Part shown: piece by piece, positions 25,000-34,750 of the stretch
Layout of the letters: each line of letters opens with the position of its first letter
Position numbering within the stretch: the first letter of the stretch is position 1
Assembly (NCBI GenBank): GCA_964591715.1
Contig: CAZQDR010000004.1
Span: forward strand, 375 to 64,374
Origin: an uncultured Candidatus Saccharibacteria bacterium
GTDB lineage: Bacteria; Patescibacteriota; Minisyncoccia; Phycocordibacterales; JACOZG01
Direction of reading: 5' to 3'
Length of the DNA: 64,000 nt
Translations under genes and position numbers: made by a program
Notes under the pieces: model-generated
Told to the model about the DNA's origin: nothing
The model's database searches: none
The model's input: the letters and a program-made list of their open reading frames with translations, nothing else

Positions 25000-27192
25000 T
25001 TACTTTTTAAGCTCGGCTAGTTTGTGTGGATTGTGGTTGGGGCAGAGTTTATTTGAACAGCGTTCGGGGATTGTTTTTGTTCCTTCCATCATCAAAGAGC
25101 TGCACATGGGGCAGATTTTACCAGTCGGTTTAGACTTAACAATATTTTTGCACTTCGGATAATTTGAACAGCCGTAGAAGATACCGTAGCGGCCGCGCTT
25201 TTCCACCATGGTGCCTGTTTTGCACAGCGGACAACTAACGCCCGTATCACCCAAACCACCCTTACCACCACTCTCATCTTTTTTAATATGTTTACACTTT
25301 GGATAGTTGGAGCAGGCAATAAATTTACCGAAGCGGCCTTCGCGCTCCATTAGTTGGTGGCCACACTCGGGACACTTTTCCTCTAAAAGTTTTGGTCCTT
25401 CCAATTCCTTACCATCAATCGTTCGGGCGCCCGTACACTCGGGGAACTTGGCACAACTCAAGAAGCGGCCCGATTTGCCCAGTTTAATAATCATCGGACC
25501 CCCACAAACTGGACATTTAATACCTTTGGGACCATCACCCAAGTTAGTGATTTTAGGAATCTTCTTTTTGGAGGCAATGGCTTTGGTGAAAGGACCGTAA
25601 AATTCGCTTAAAGTTTTTACATATTTTTTGGTCCCGTCCGCAATCTCATCCAGCTCATCTTCCATAATGCGGGTAAAGTCGTCGCTGATATAAGTGGCAA
25701 AGTGCTCCTCGAGAAAGCCCGAAACAACTTCGCCGGTGTCGGTGGGTTTTAAACTGCGGCCCTCTTTCTCAACGTAGCCGCGATCAAGAATCGTTTTAAT
25801 AGTGGGGGCGTAAGTTGAAGGTCGGCCAATGCCGCGCTTCTCGAGCTCTTTAACCAAACCAGCTTCCGAGTAGCGCGGTGGCGGCTGCGTTTCCTTGCCG
25901 GTCGAGGTAATCTCCTTCAACTCCAACGGATCGCCAGTCGAGACTTTTGGTAAAACATTTTCCTCGCCGCGGGCGGCCGGGTCAGCTTTGAGCCAACCGT
26001 CAAAAAGCACAACCGAACCATTGGCATGGAAGTCGGGGATATCCTTATTAGCCGCCGCAATAATCTTTGTCTTAAGCAGTCGGGCATCAGCCATTTGGCT
26101 GGAGACCGTGCGCGCCCAGATTAATTGATAGAGCTTTTGCTCCTGCGGCGTTTGGCCAGCCGAGAGTACATCGGCATGGGTCGGTCGAATAGCCTCGTGC
26201 GCCTCCTGAGCGTTCTTGGATTTAGTTGCAAAGACTTGGCGGTGATGATAATTAGCGCCGAATTTTTTGGCTACCACTTGCTCAATTTCTCCCAGCGCCA
26301 TCGTGCTGAGATTTAAACTATCGGTACGCATATAGGTAATATGACCGGACTCGTACAATTTTTGGGCCAAGCGCATTGTTACCGAGGGTGAGTAACCCAG
26401 GCGGGAGGAGGCGTATTGTTGCAGGGTGGAAGTGGTAAAGGGAGGGCGAGCACGACGATTCATCTCACTTTGTTTAATGTCGGCAACTTGCCACTCACTA
26501 ACTTTGGCCTCACGGACAATCTTGTCGGCTTCCGCTTCGGTCTTTGGCTCAATCGCGCAATTAAAGGGGATTTCGGTGCCACTAGCGGTTTTGAAGCTGG
26601 CCTCAATGACCCAGTATTGCTCAGGGATAAAGGCGCGGATTTCCCGTTCGCGCTCGACTAAAATGCGCAACGCTGGCGACTGAACACGGCCCGCCGAGAG
26701 ACCATAGCGAAGCTTTTGCCAAATTAAACCCGAGAGATCATAACCGAAGAGGCGATCCAGCACGCGCCGCGCCTCTTGCGCCGTCTTTAAGTTGTCGTCG
26801 ATGGACCGCGGATGCTTCATTGCCTCTTGTACAGCGTGCTTGGTGATCTCGTGGAAGACAATTCGCTTGGGGTGCTTTAAACCGATGGCCTCTTTTAAAT
26901 GCCAAGCAATCGCCTCACCTTCGCGGTCGGGGTCAGTCGCGAGTAAGACCTCACTCGCTTTTTTAGCAAGGGCTTTTAAATCACTCACCACCTTTTCTTT
27001 ACCCTTTGAGATTTCGTAATGCGGCACAAAGCCTGCCTTAATATCAATGGCATTTTTGTTGGACTTGGGTAAGTCGCGGATGTGACCGACGCTCGCGCGG
27101 ACGGTGTACTCATTGTCGAGGTATTTGGAAATCGTTTTCGCTTTGGCCGGTGACTCAACAATCAATAACTTTTTTCCGGTTGCGTTACTCAT
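25000..27192 (-). CDS. topA: DNA topoisomerase I with C-terminal zinc-ribbon repeats
   Basis: Toprim 'LLIVESPAKAKTISKYL', the active-site Tyr region 'GHITYMRTDS', and multiple CxxC...CxxC zinc ribbons in the C-terminal third. Confidence 0.95.
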   Translation of the reverse strand: MSNATGKKLLIVESPAKAKTISKYLDNEYTVRASVGHIRDLPKSNKNAIDIKAGFVPHYEISKGKEKVVSDLKALAKKASEVLLATDPDREGEAIAWHLKEAIGLKHPKRIVFHEITKHAVQEAMKHPRSIDDNLKTAQEARRVLDRLFGYDLSGLIWQKLRYGLSAGRVQSPALRILVEREREIRAFIPEQYWVIEASFKTASGTEIPFNCAIEPKTEAEADKIVREAKVSEWQVADIKQSEMNRRARPPFTTSTLQQYASSRLGYSPSVTMRLAQKLYESGHITYMRTDSLNLSTMALGEIEQVVAKKFGANYHHRQVFATKSKNAQEAHEAIRPTHADVLSAGQTPQEQKLYQLIWARTVSSQMADARLLKTKIIAAANKDIPDFHANGSVVLFDGWLKADPAARGEENVLPKVSTGDPLELKEITSTGKETQPPPRYSEAGLVKELEKRGIGRPSTYAPTIKTILDRGYVEKEGRSLKPTDTGEVVSGFLEEHFATYISDDFTRIMEDELDEIADGTKKYVKTLSEFYGPFTKAIASKKKIPKITNLGDGPKGIKCPVCGGPMIIKLGKSGRFLSCAKFPECTGARTIDGKELEGPKLLEEKCPECGHQLMEREGRFGKFIACSNYPKCKHIKKDESGGKGGLGDTGVSCPLCKTGTMVEKRGRYGIFYGCSNYPKCKNIVKSKPTGKICPMCSSLMMEGTKTIPERCSNKLCPNHNPHKLAELKK

Positions 27193-27310
27193 TGCCGTAC
27201 ATTAGTACTATGGATTGATTTTTTTTGCAAACACAGCACCAAAAATTTTTAATTTTAAAAAGAAAAAAGCCCCGCGGGTGGCGGAGCGTTGGGGTGTGTG
27301 AGGGCTTGAA

Positions 27311-27502
27311 TTAAATACGCCAAACCAACTGCTGAGGTTCGAAGAAGCAAAGTTCACCAGTTGAGCGGCGGGCATTGACGGTGGCGCCTCGATCTTGCCG
27401 TTCCTCTTTCAGCTTGGAATATCGGGTGGAGTTTTTTGCTTCCCCCGACCTAAAGCCTTCACCTGGATCTAAGTGCTTAAAATAGACCCTGACTTTTTTC
27501 AT
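27311..27502 (-). CDS. Hypothetical small protein (63 aa from the second Met)
   Basis: RBS GGAGGAG precedes the internal Met (MKKVRVYF..). The track ORF starts 11 codons earlier. Confidence 0.35.
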   Translation of the reverse strand: MKKVRVYFKHLDPGEGFRSGEAKNSTRYSKLKEERQDRGATVNARRSTGELCFFEPQQLVWRI

Positions 27503-27809
27503 TGTTTTCTCCTCCAGCTTTGGGCCAGTTATCACACTTCGGAAGTAGCCAGTTTACATGTTCAGTAATTATGTGATACCAAAACCATTGGCCACAATGT
27601 GGACAGTGGATGGTAACGGCACCGATCTTGTTGCTGGTGTATAGGGGTTGCTTATTTGCGGGCAGGTCACGATTGGCGGTGTAGCCTACGCAGTAGCGGG
27701 CGTGTTCGGGTTCATTTCGGCCACACCGGCATTGCCAGTCTGAGGCGTAATAAGCCCCCTTAATACCTTGTCCCCAAGACACCAGTCTCGCGGCTTCTTC
27801 GTCGGTCAT
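27477..27809 (-). CDS. Hypothetical Cys/His-rich (zinc-binding-like) protein, 110 aa
   Basis: RBS AAGGAGGG before the ATG. Motifs 'CRCGRNEPEHARYC' and 'HCPHCG'. Confidence 0.45.
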   Translation of the reverse strand: MTDEEAARLVSWGQGIKGAYYASDWQCRCGRNEPEHARYCVGYTANRDLPANKQPLYTSNKIGAVTIHCPHCGQWFWYHIITEHVNWLLPKCDNWPKAGGENNEKSQGLF

Positions 27810-27840
27810 GACAAGTCCCTCCTTTCTGCTCTAATTTCTA

Positions 27841-28704
27841 TCACACCAGCCGGATCTCGCCTAGAGTCTCTTTAATGATGCCTTTTATCTCCATAATTCC
27901 GAGCAGGGAATTGGCTTCGCTGATTGGTAGGCCAAGCTCGCGGAGCAAATCATCGCGGGTTAACGGTTCGATTTGCAAAATCTCTACTACCTTTCTTTCT
28001 GGCTCGGTTAGGTCGGCTAGATTTAATTTTAGCTGATCAGTGTCGCGCCGTTCAAAGCCGAGAGCTTCTAAAATATCATCGCCGCTCGTGACGGGCGTAG
28101 CGCCTTGGCGGATTAAACGATTGGTGCCAAGGGAGCCACAGGAGAAGATCGAACCAGGAACAGCCAAGACGTCGCGATTGTAATCGGTTGCCATTCGGGC
28201 GGTAATCAAGGTGCCCGACTTCTCTCCCGCTTCTATTATAAGAATCGCTTTGGCGAGGCCGGCCATTAACCGGTTGCGGCGAGGGAAGGTGTGGACCCCC
28301 GCTGGATACTCGGGCTCAAACTCGGAGACAAGGGCGCCGCCGGCCGCGACGATTTCGTCCGCGAGCCGGCGGTTGGAGTGCGGATGCAGGACCTTGCGGT
28401 TTAGTCCGGAGCCGGGGAAGGCGATGGTCTTAAGACGATTTTGAATCGCCGCTTTGTGGGCGATAGTATCAATACCCAGGGCGAGACCCGAGACAATTAC
28501 AATGGGCTGGCCCGCCAGCTCGGCAATTAACTTCTCGCAGACCTCGCGGCCATAATTGGAGTACTTGCGCGAACCTACCACTGTTAAATAGACAAATTCC
28601 GGTTCCGGCAAGCTGCCTTCAAGATAAAGTTCGGCGGGCGGTTGGGGGATTTCGAGCAACGGGGCGGGGATTTTGTCGCCGGTTAGTTTGACCAACGGGC
28701 TCAT
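27841..28704 (-). CDS. dprA: DNA processing protein DprA (SMF family)
   Basis: Rossmann-like 'VVGSRKYSNYGREVCEKLIAELAGQPIVIVSGLALGIDTIAHKAA' and a C-terminal winged helix. The conserved dprA-topA adjacency is present. Confidence 0.85.
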   Translation of the reverse strand: MSPLVKLTGDKIPAPLLEIPQPPAELYLEGSLPEPEFVYLTVVGSRKYSNYGREVCEKLIAELAGQPIVIVSGLALGIDTIAHKAAIQNRLKTIAFPGSGLNRKVLHPHSNRRLADEIVAAGGALVSEFEPEYPAGVHTFPRRNRLMAGLAKAILIIEAGEKSGTLITARMATDYNRDVLAVPGSIFSCGSLGTNRLIRQGATPVTSGDDILEALGFERRDTDQLKLNLADLTEPERKVVEILQIEPLTRDDLLRELGLPISEANSLLGIMEIKGIIKETLGEIRLV

Positions 28705-28760
28705 CCTTACAGTTTAACATTTCCTTTTTCTTTTGGCCAAAACTCTGCTATTGTAGTGGC

Positions 28761-30029
28761 ATGTTAGACATCAAATTTATCCGGGAGAATCCGGATTTGA
28801 TTACGGAGGCCGCTCGCAAAAAGCACCTCACTTTCTCGGTGCAGGATTTGCTAATTTTAGATGAGAAGCGCCTCAAACTCTTAAACGAAGTGGAGCGAAT
28901 GCGCGCCGAGCAAAATACGGTGAGTGAGGAAATGCCCGCCGCCGATAATCATCGTCGCGGCATTTTAATTGAGAGTATGCGCACACTCAAAGCCGCGCTC
29001 CAGGATCGCGAGGCGGAATTAAACGGCGTGCTTAAAGATTGGCAAAAGTTAATGGTTCAGGTGCCAAACGTGCCGGATGTTTCTGTGCCGGAGGGAGCCA
29101 GTGATGCCGAGAATTTAGAAGTGCGCACTTGGGGCGAACCCACCCTGTTCGATTTTACCCCCAAAAACCATGTGGAATTAATGCAGGCGCTCGACCTAGC
29201 GGACTTTGAGCGGGGTACCAAGGTCGCTGGCTTTCGCGGTTATATATTAAAGAATGACGGCGCGGCACTACAGTTTGCTTTGTGGCAATTTACGATCCAG
29301 CATTTCTTGAAGCAGGGTTATCAACTGCTCTCGGTGCCGTCGCTCGTTAAGCGTGAAGCTTTTTTGGGTACTGGTTATTTGCCGCAAGGTGAGGAGGATT
29401 TGTATAAAACCCAGGATGGTGATTATTTGGCCGGCACTGCTGAAGTGGCCACCATGGCCTATCACATGGGTGAGACTTTTGCCGAAGCTGATCTACCAAA
29501 AAAATATTTGGCTTTCTCCCCCTGCTTCCGTCGCGAGGCGGGCAGTCACGGCAAGGATACTAAGGGCTTAATCCGCGTCCACGAGTTTTTCAAATTAGAG
29601 CAGGTCGTTTTGTGCCCAGCCGATCACGAACTGTCGGTTAAATATCACGAGGAGATGACGCGCTTGTCGGAGGAATTATTACAAGCACTTAAATTGCCCT
29701 ATCACGTCGTGGCCAATTGCGGCGGCGATCTGGGTTTGGGTCAGGTTAAAAAGTATGATCTCGAGGCCTGGGTACCATCCGAGAATGCTTATCGCGAGAC
29801 TCACTCGGCTTCCTACTTCCACGACTTCCAGACTCGCCGTTTAAATATTCGTTACAAAGATAGCGAAGGCAAATTGCGCTTTGCGCACTCGCTTAACAAC
29901 ACCGCGCTGGCTACCCCGCGCGTCATTGTTCCCCTAATTGAGAATTATCAACAGGCCGATGGCAGCATTCTTGTTCCGGAAGTCCTCCAACCATATCTGG
30001 GAAAAGAAAAAATTACCCATGCGGCATGA
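28761..30029 (+). CDS. serS: Seryl-tRNA synthetase
   Basis: N-terminal coiled-coil arm and class II motifs 'FRREAGS' and 'GLIRVHEF'. 422 aa, ending with TGA. Confidence 0.95.
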   Translation: MLDIKFIRENPDLITEAARKKHLTFSVQDLLILDEKRLKLLNEVERMRAEQNTVSEEMPAADNHRRGILIESMRTLKAALQDREAELNGVLKDWQKLMVQVPNVPDVSVPEGASDAENLEVRTWGEPTLFDFTPKNHVELMQALDLADFERGTKVAGFRGYILKNDGAALQFALWQFTIQHFLKQGYQLLSVPSLVKREAFLGTGYLPQGEEDLYKTQDGDYLAGTAEVATMAYHMGETFAEADLPKKYLAFSPCFRREAGSHGKDTKGLIRVHEFFKLEQVVLCPADHELSVKYHEEMTRLSEELLQALKLPYHVVANCGGDLGLGQVKKYDLEAWVPSENAYRETHSASYFHDFQTRRLNIRYKDSEGKLRFAHSLNNTALATPRVIVPLIENYQQADGSILVPEVLQPYLGKEKITHAA

Positions 30030-30876
30030 TGATCTGCTCCGCAACTCTCGTCAGCTAAAACAGCGTCGGATCTTCCGGCAATGGCTCTGGTTTGCTAGTA
30101 GTCTCACGGCCTTTTTGGTCATTGTTATCATTATGGCCAACACTAGCCGCTTCGCGATAGGTGAGATCAAGATTAGTGGTGCGCAAACAATTAGAGAGCA
30201 AGATATTGAGACGACGATTAACAGCGTGCTGGATGGACGTTACGGCGGGATATTTCCTCGACGCAATGTTTGGCTCTTCCCGAAGGCGGATGTAGTGGCG
30301 GCGCTAAGAGCCCAGTATCCTAATCTAGCGGCGGTGTCAGTAGCACTGTCAGATAAAACGACGTTAGTGGCCAAGGTGGCCGAGCGAGCTGGCACTGTCC
30401 GCTGGTGTCGCGATGAGACCGAAGTGACCTGCTATTTTGCTGACCAAAATGGATACATCTTTTCCGAATCACCAGAGTTTAGCCGGGGAATATTTTTAAG
30501 TATTGTAAGTGATTTACCAACTGACCCCATTGATCTGGCGCCACTTGAGACCGCCGACTTTAAAATACTGGTCTCATTGCGAGAGGCGATGGCTCGGGCT
30601 TTGTCGTCGAGTAGTCAGTCGCCGGTAAACATCTTTCAAATTCAGCATGAGGAGGGGCGAGACTACGCGCTCATTGCCGAGAGTTCTTCGCCCGAGCGGC
30701 GTTATCGTGTGCGCATTTCGCTTGATCAAGACCTTGATCAAGCAGCCAATAATGCCGCCGCGGCTTTGGCGGCTCCGGCGCTTCAGTCAGAACTAGCAAA
30801 AAAGGAGACCAAGCTCGATTATCTGGATCTTCGATTTGCGCCAAAGATTTTCTATAAATTCCAGCCCGGTATATAA
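30019..30876 (+). CDS. FtsQ/DivIB-like cell-division protein (POTRA domain); start taken at the Met overlapping the serS stop
   Basis: Basic cytoplasmic tail, TM helix 'LTAFLVIVIIMA', then POTRA-like 'IGEIKISGAQTIREQDIETTIN...RNVWLFPKADVVAALRAQYPNLAAVSV'. Confidence 0.55.
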   Translation: MRHDDLLRNSRQLKQRRIFRQWLWFASSLTAFLVIVIIMANTSRFAIGEIKISGAQTIREQDIETTINSVLDGRYGGIFPRRNVWLFPKADVVAALRAQYPNLAAVSVALSDKTTLVAKVAERAGTVRWCRDETEVTCYFADQNGYIFSESPEFSRGIFLSIVSDLPTDPIDLAPLETADFKILVSLREAMARALSSSSQSPVNIFQIQHEEGRDYALIAESSSPERRYRVRISLDQDLDQAANNAAAALAAPALQSELAKKETKLDYLDLRFAPKIFYKFQPGI

Positions 30877-30883
30877 TAAATGA

Positions 30884-31273
30884 ATGCAGTTTGGAACTTT
30901 GCCGTTTCAATATCTCGGTTGGCACTATACGCTCGCCCTTAAAGATTATGCCGTTAATGCCGGCAATATTCTCCGCTTTATTTATCACTTCTTTTCTCTG
31001 CCGACATTAATCAAGACGTTTTTTGCGCCGTGGCGTCGACTGGGCGAGCAGTATCGCAAGGTCTTTGATCCCGGTGCCTGGTTTGAGACCTTTATTTTAA
31101 ACGCGCTGATGCGGTTGCTCGGAATGTTTTTTCGTCTCTGGTTAATTTTAACCGGTCTGGCGGTACTGGCGGTGGCTAGCGTCGCCGCAGTTGTTATCTT
31201 TATATTTTGGTTGATCTTGCCGCTGGCGGTCGCGATCATCTTTCTCGGCGGACTTAACTTGCTCTGGTCATGA
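30884..31273 (+). CDS. Hypothetical membrane protein (129 aa)
   Basis: Two or three hydrophobic helices. No recognisable family. Confidence 0.4.
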   Translation: MQFGTLPFQYLGWHYTLALKDYAVNAGNILRFIYHFFSLPTLIKTFFAPWRRLGEQYRKVFDPGAWFETFILNALMRLLGMFFRLWLILTGLAVLAVASVAAVVIFIFWLILPLAVAIIFLGGLNLLWS

Positions 31274-33675
31274 ACGCCTATGCTAAAATTATTCGCTCCA
31301 GTCGACTCTACCCGGTATTAATTTTGGAGGAGTTAATCTCCAGCGCTGCCCGAAACATCTTGTTGAAAGTAGGCACGCTCGCCATTTTGTTGGTCCTCGG
31401 TGTCTCGTTGCCCAACGGGATTGCTCCGCAAGTTTCTGGATTGTTGCTAATGTTAATTGCGATTCTTTTGATCTTGGCGGCGATCGAGCTTTTCTTCCGC
31501 TCTTATTATTACGAAAGTATTATTACTAATGAGTACACCGATCAGGATATTTTTACTTTTACGGTGGGCCGGATCCTAAGGAATATTCATCACGACAAAA
31601 TCTTAAAGGCCTATCTATACTCACCAACCGGTCGGCAGGTCACGCGACGTCTGGGTCTAGATCGAAATGCCGTTGACGCTTTTTTGGCCAGTCATGCCGC
31701 CTTACCGACCGAGCCGCTCCACTTTGCGGCGGGAGAGGTTTTGACTCTGCGCCAGCTCACTACCTGGTTACTGACAGCTTACCCGGCGTGGCAAGAGTGG
31801 CTACTCACCTTTGACTTGCAGACCGATGACGTTTTGGCCGTCGTTGATTGGGTGGTCAGGGATATTGAGACGGCGGCGCGACGGCGCCGCTGGTGGTCGG
31901 CCGAGCGCCTAGAGCGCGTAGCGCCGATTGCTCAAGACTGGTCCTACGGTGAGACCTTTGGCCTAATGCGTTACAGTAAGGATTTAACCGCTACCGCTAC
32001 GCCAGAAGCGCCCCAGGCGACCATCAGCCAGGAGGTCCAGGCGCTCGAAACCGTTTTAGCTCGTGTTCATGAGGCCAATGCTCTCTTGGTGGGGGCGACG
32101 GCCGAGAATCTTGATTCGGTCTTATGGCGGTTTGCTCGGACGCTTAAAGCTGGTGCCACTTTACCAGCCTTACAAAACAAGCGCTTAATTGTCTTGCACG
32201 TAGCGGACTTTTTAGCCGCCTCCAGTGACCGACAAAATTTAGAACAAGGTCTCAGTAAGTTGCTGGCCGAAGCCGCCGCCGCTGGTAACGTTATTTTGGC
32301 GATTGATAATTTTCCTAACTTACTCCAGGCGGGAGAGGCACTCCAAGCTGACGTGGTCGCCTTACTCGAACCTTATTTAAATAGCGGGACCTTGCAACTG
32401 GTAGCGCTCTCGGAGACCGAAGTCTTTCATCGCGCGCTTGAACCACGAGCCGGTTTGATGACCCGCTTCGAGAAGATCGACGTTAACGAGGGCAATGATG
32501 AGCGGATTATTACCGAGCTAGAAGACTTGGCCGAAGAATTGGAGCGCACTAATCCGGTTGTCATTACTTATCCCGCCCTCCGGATGATTTACACCAATGC
32601 CGAGCAATACTTTCAAACGGATTCTTTAACTGATAAGGCAACTGACTTGTTGATTGAGGCGGTACCATGGGCGCTCGGTCATGGTAAAAGTGTGATTGAT
32701 CGGTCAGTCGTCGAGGCGCTCACCAAAGACAAGACCAGTATTCCGGTCGGTGCCATTGACGCTGGCGAAAAGCAGAAGTTGCTTGGGTTGGAGGCGGCCC
32801 TGCATGCTCGGGTCATTGGCCAAGCGACAGCACTCAAGGCCGTGGCCAATGCCATGCGTCGTGGTCGTACCGGTATCCGTAATCCAAAGCGACCCATGGG
32901 CTCGTTCCTGTTTTTGGGTCCAACTGGTGTTGGTAAGACTGAAACAGCGAAGGCGCTCGCCGCCGTCTTCTTTGGCCGTGAGGATGCGCTCTTGCGTCTG
33001 GATATGTCAGAGTATCAGTCGAGCGATGCTTTGGCTCGATTAATCGGCTCGTTTGGGAGTGGTCAGCCTGGTGTGTTGGCAAATCTCTTGCGTCAAAATC
33101 CTTACGGGGTGCTGTTGCTGGATGAATTTGAAAAGACCAATCGCGAAGTACTGAATTTGTTTTTGCAGATTTTAGATGAGGGTTTCTTTTCAGATATGAA
33201 TGGTAAGCGGGTTAATGCCCGTAATATTATTTTTATTGCCACCTCCAATGCGGGCGCCGAGCTCCTGTGGCAGATGGTCAAGTCGGGCCGTGACCCCGTC
33301 GCGGCCAAGGATGAATTAGTGAACAATTTGGTCAGCCAAGGGATTTATAAGCCGGAACTTTTGAACCGCTTCGACGATGTGATTATCTTCCACCCCTTGT
33401 CCGAGACGGATTTGCTCCAGGTGGCTCGACTGCAATTGGAACGTCTAGCCACGCGCCTCAAAAAACAAGGTATAATGGTCAGCGTTACCGATGAGCTGGT
33501 GGCGACCGTGGTGGCGCAAGGCAGTAACGCGGTATTTGGGGCTCGGCCGATGCAGCGCTTTATTCAAGACGAAGTCGAACAGCGCCTGGCCGAGGCGATG
33601 ATTAAAGGTGAGGTGGGCAGTGGTAGTTATGTTAGCTTCGACGGCGACCTTACGCTGCACGCCAGCAAAAAATAA
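31270..33675 (+). CDS. Membrane-anchored Hsp100/Clp-family AAA+ protein with degenerate NBD1 and intact NBD2
   Basis: N-terminal TM helices. The NBD1-like region aligns to ClpB but Walker A is replaced by 'LLVGATAENLDS' and Walker B by 'ILAIDNF'. NBD2 is intact: '[19 protein letters not shown]', 'VLLLDEFEKTNREV', 'IFIATSN' and 'GARPMQRFI'. Confidence 0.7.
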   Translation: MNAYAKIIRSSRLYPVLILEELISSAARNILLKVGTLAILLVLGVSLPNGIAPQVSGLLLMLIAILLILAAIELFFRSYYYESIITNEYTDQDIFTFTVGRILRNIHHDKILKAYLYSPTGRQVTRRLGLDRNAVDAFLASHAALPTEPLHFAAGEVLTLRQLTTWLLTAYPAWQEWLLTFDLQTDDVLAVVDWVVRDIETAARRRRWWSAERLERVAPIAQDWSYGETFGLMRYSKDLTATATPEAPQATISQEVQALETVLARVHEANALLVGATAENLDSVLWRFARTLKAGATLPALQNKRLIVLHVADFLAASSDRQNLEQGLSKLLAEAAAAGNVILAIDNFPNLLQAGEALQADVVALLEPYLNSGTLQLVALSETEVFHRALEPRAGLMTRFEKIDVNEGNDERIITELEDLAEELERTNPVVITYPALRMIYTNAEQYFQTDSLTDKATDLLIEAVPWALGHGKSVIDRSVVEALTKDKTSIPVGAIDAGEKQKLLGLEAALHARVIGQATALKAVANAMRRGRTGIRNPKRPMGSFLFLGPTGVGKTETAKALAAVFFGREDALLRLDMSEYQSSDALARLIGSFGSGQPGVLANLLRQNPYGVLLLDEFEKTNREVLNLFLQILDEGFFSDMNGKRVNARNIIFIATSNAGAELLWQMVKSGRDPVAAKDELVNNLVSQGIYKPELLNRFDDVIIFHPLSETDLLQVARLQLERLATRLKKQGIMVSVTDELVATVVAQGSNAVFGARPMQRFIQDEVEQRLAEAMIKGEVGSGSYVSFDGDLTLHASKK

Positions 33676-33678
33676 TTT

Positions 33679-34749
33679 ATGCCAAGCAAGTGGTCCTATC
33701 TATGGTCTGTCAGTCTCGCCCTGCTTACGGGTGGTGTTATGGCGTTTGGCTTTTCGTTTGCGACTAATCAGGTGGGAGAGCAATTAGCGCTGGATTTTAT
33801 GGCACGACAGCAGCTTGCCTCACCCGCCATGATTCAAGTTGTGGAGGCGCCAGCCGAGTTGCCGGTGGTTGTGGCCGCGGCCACCGAGCCAGTGTCGCCC
33901 ACCCTCACGCTAACTTTTGTAGGCGACATTATGTTGGATCGTGGGGTGCTTTATAGCGCCAAGAAGAACGGCCAGGGTAATTTTGATTGGTTATTTGAAG
34001 ATATTCCCGAACTGGCCCAAGCTGACATTTTGTACGGCAATTTGGAGGGACCACTCTCGGATCAAGGTCGCGATCTCGGCAATCTCTACTCCTTTCGGAT
34101 GGATCCAGCGGCACTACCGGCTCTTGAGGCGGCCAGCTTTGATGTTTTGCAAATTGCTAATAATCACATCGGCGACTGGGGTCGCGAGGCGATGGTGGAT
34201 ACCATCAGTCGCTTAAGTCAGGCGGGGATTGTCTCGGTTGGTGGTGGAGAAAATAAGGCCGAGGTCTCAGCGGTTAAGATTGTAGAACGACAGGGAATTA
34301 AAATTGGTTTTCTGGCGGCCACTGACGTTGGTCCTAATTGGTTAGCGGCTAGCGACTTGCCTGGCATCCAGCTCGCGTCTGATCCCGCTTGGCCGGAGAT
34401 AATTAGTGAAGCGTCAAAGCAGGTAGATATTTTGGTTGTTGGTTATCATTTTGGTAATGAGTATCAACCTGATCCCAGTGCCCGTCAACGAGAGTTGTCT
34501 CGTTTAGCTATCGATCATGGCGCCAAACTGGTGATCGGATCACATCCACATGTTGTTGAGCCGATTGAAGAGTATGGAGGTGGGGTGATTGCCTACAGTC
34601 TGGGTAATTTTATATTTGATCAAGCCTTCTCGCCCGAAACGATGTCTGGCCTGGCTTTAACGGTGACCTTTGAGGGTCGAGAGCTCCGCTCGGTAGTGAA
34701 GCGGCAAGTTCTCATTGATAAGCAATTTCGGCCGCGTTTAGTTCCCTAA
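33679..34749 (+). CDS. CapA/PgsA-family metallophosphatase-like protein (poly-gamma-glutamate capsule synthesis family)
   Basis: N-terminal TM helix. Motifs 'LTFVGDIMLDRGV', 'NLEGPLSD', 'ANNHIGDWG' and 'GYHFGNEY'. Confidence 0.65.
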   Translation: MPSKWSYLWSVSLALLTGGVMAFGFSFATNQVGEQLALDFMARQQLASPAMIQVVEAPAELPVVVAAATEPVSPTLTLTFVGDIMLDRGVLYSAKKNGQGNFDWLFEDIPELAQADILYGNLEGPLSDQGRDLGNLYSFRMDPAALPALEAASFDVLQIANNHIGDWGREAMVDTISRLSQAGIVSVGGGENKAEVSAVKIVERQGIKIGFLAATDVGPNWLAASDLPGIQLASDPAWPEIISEASKQVDILVVGYHFGNEYQPDPSARQRELSRLAIDHGAKLVIGSHPHVVEPIEEYGGGVIAYSLGNFIFDQAFSPETMSGLALTVTFEGRELRSVVKRQVLIDKQFRPRLVP

Positions 34750-34750
34750 T

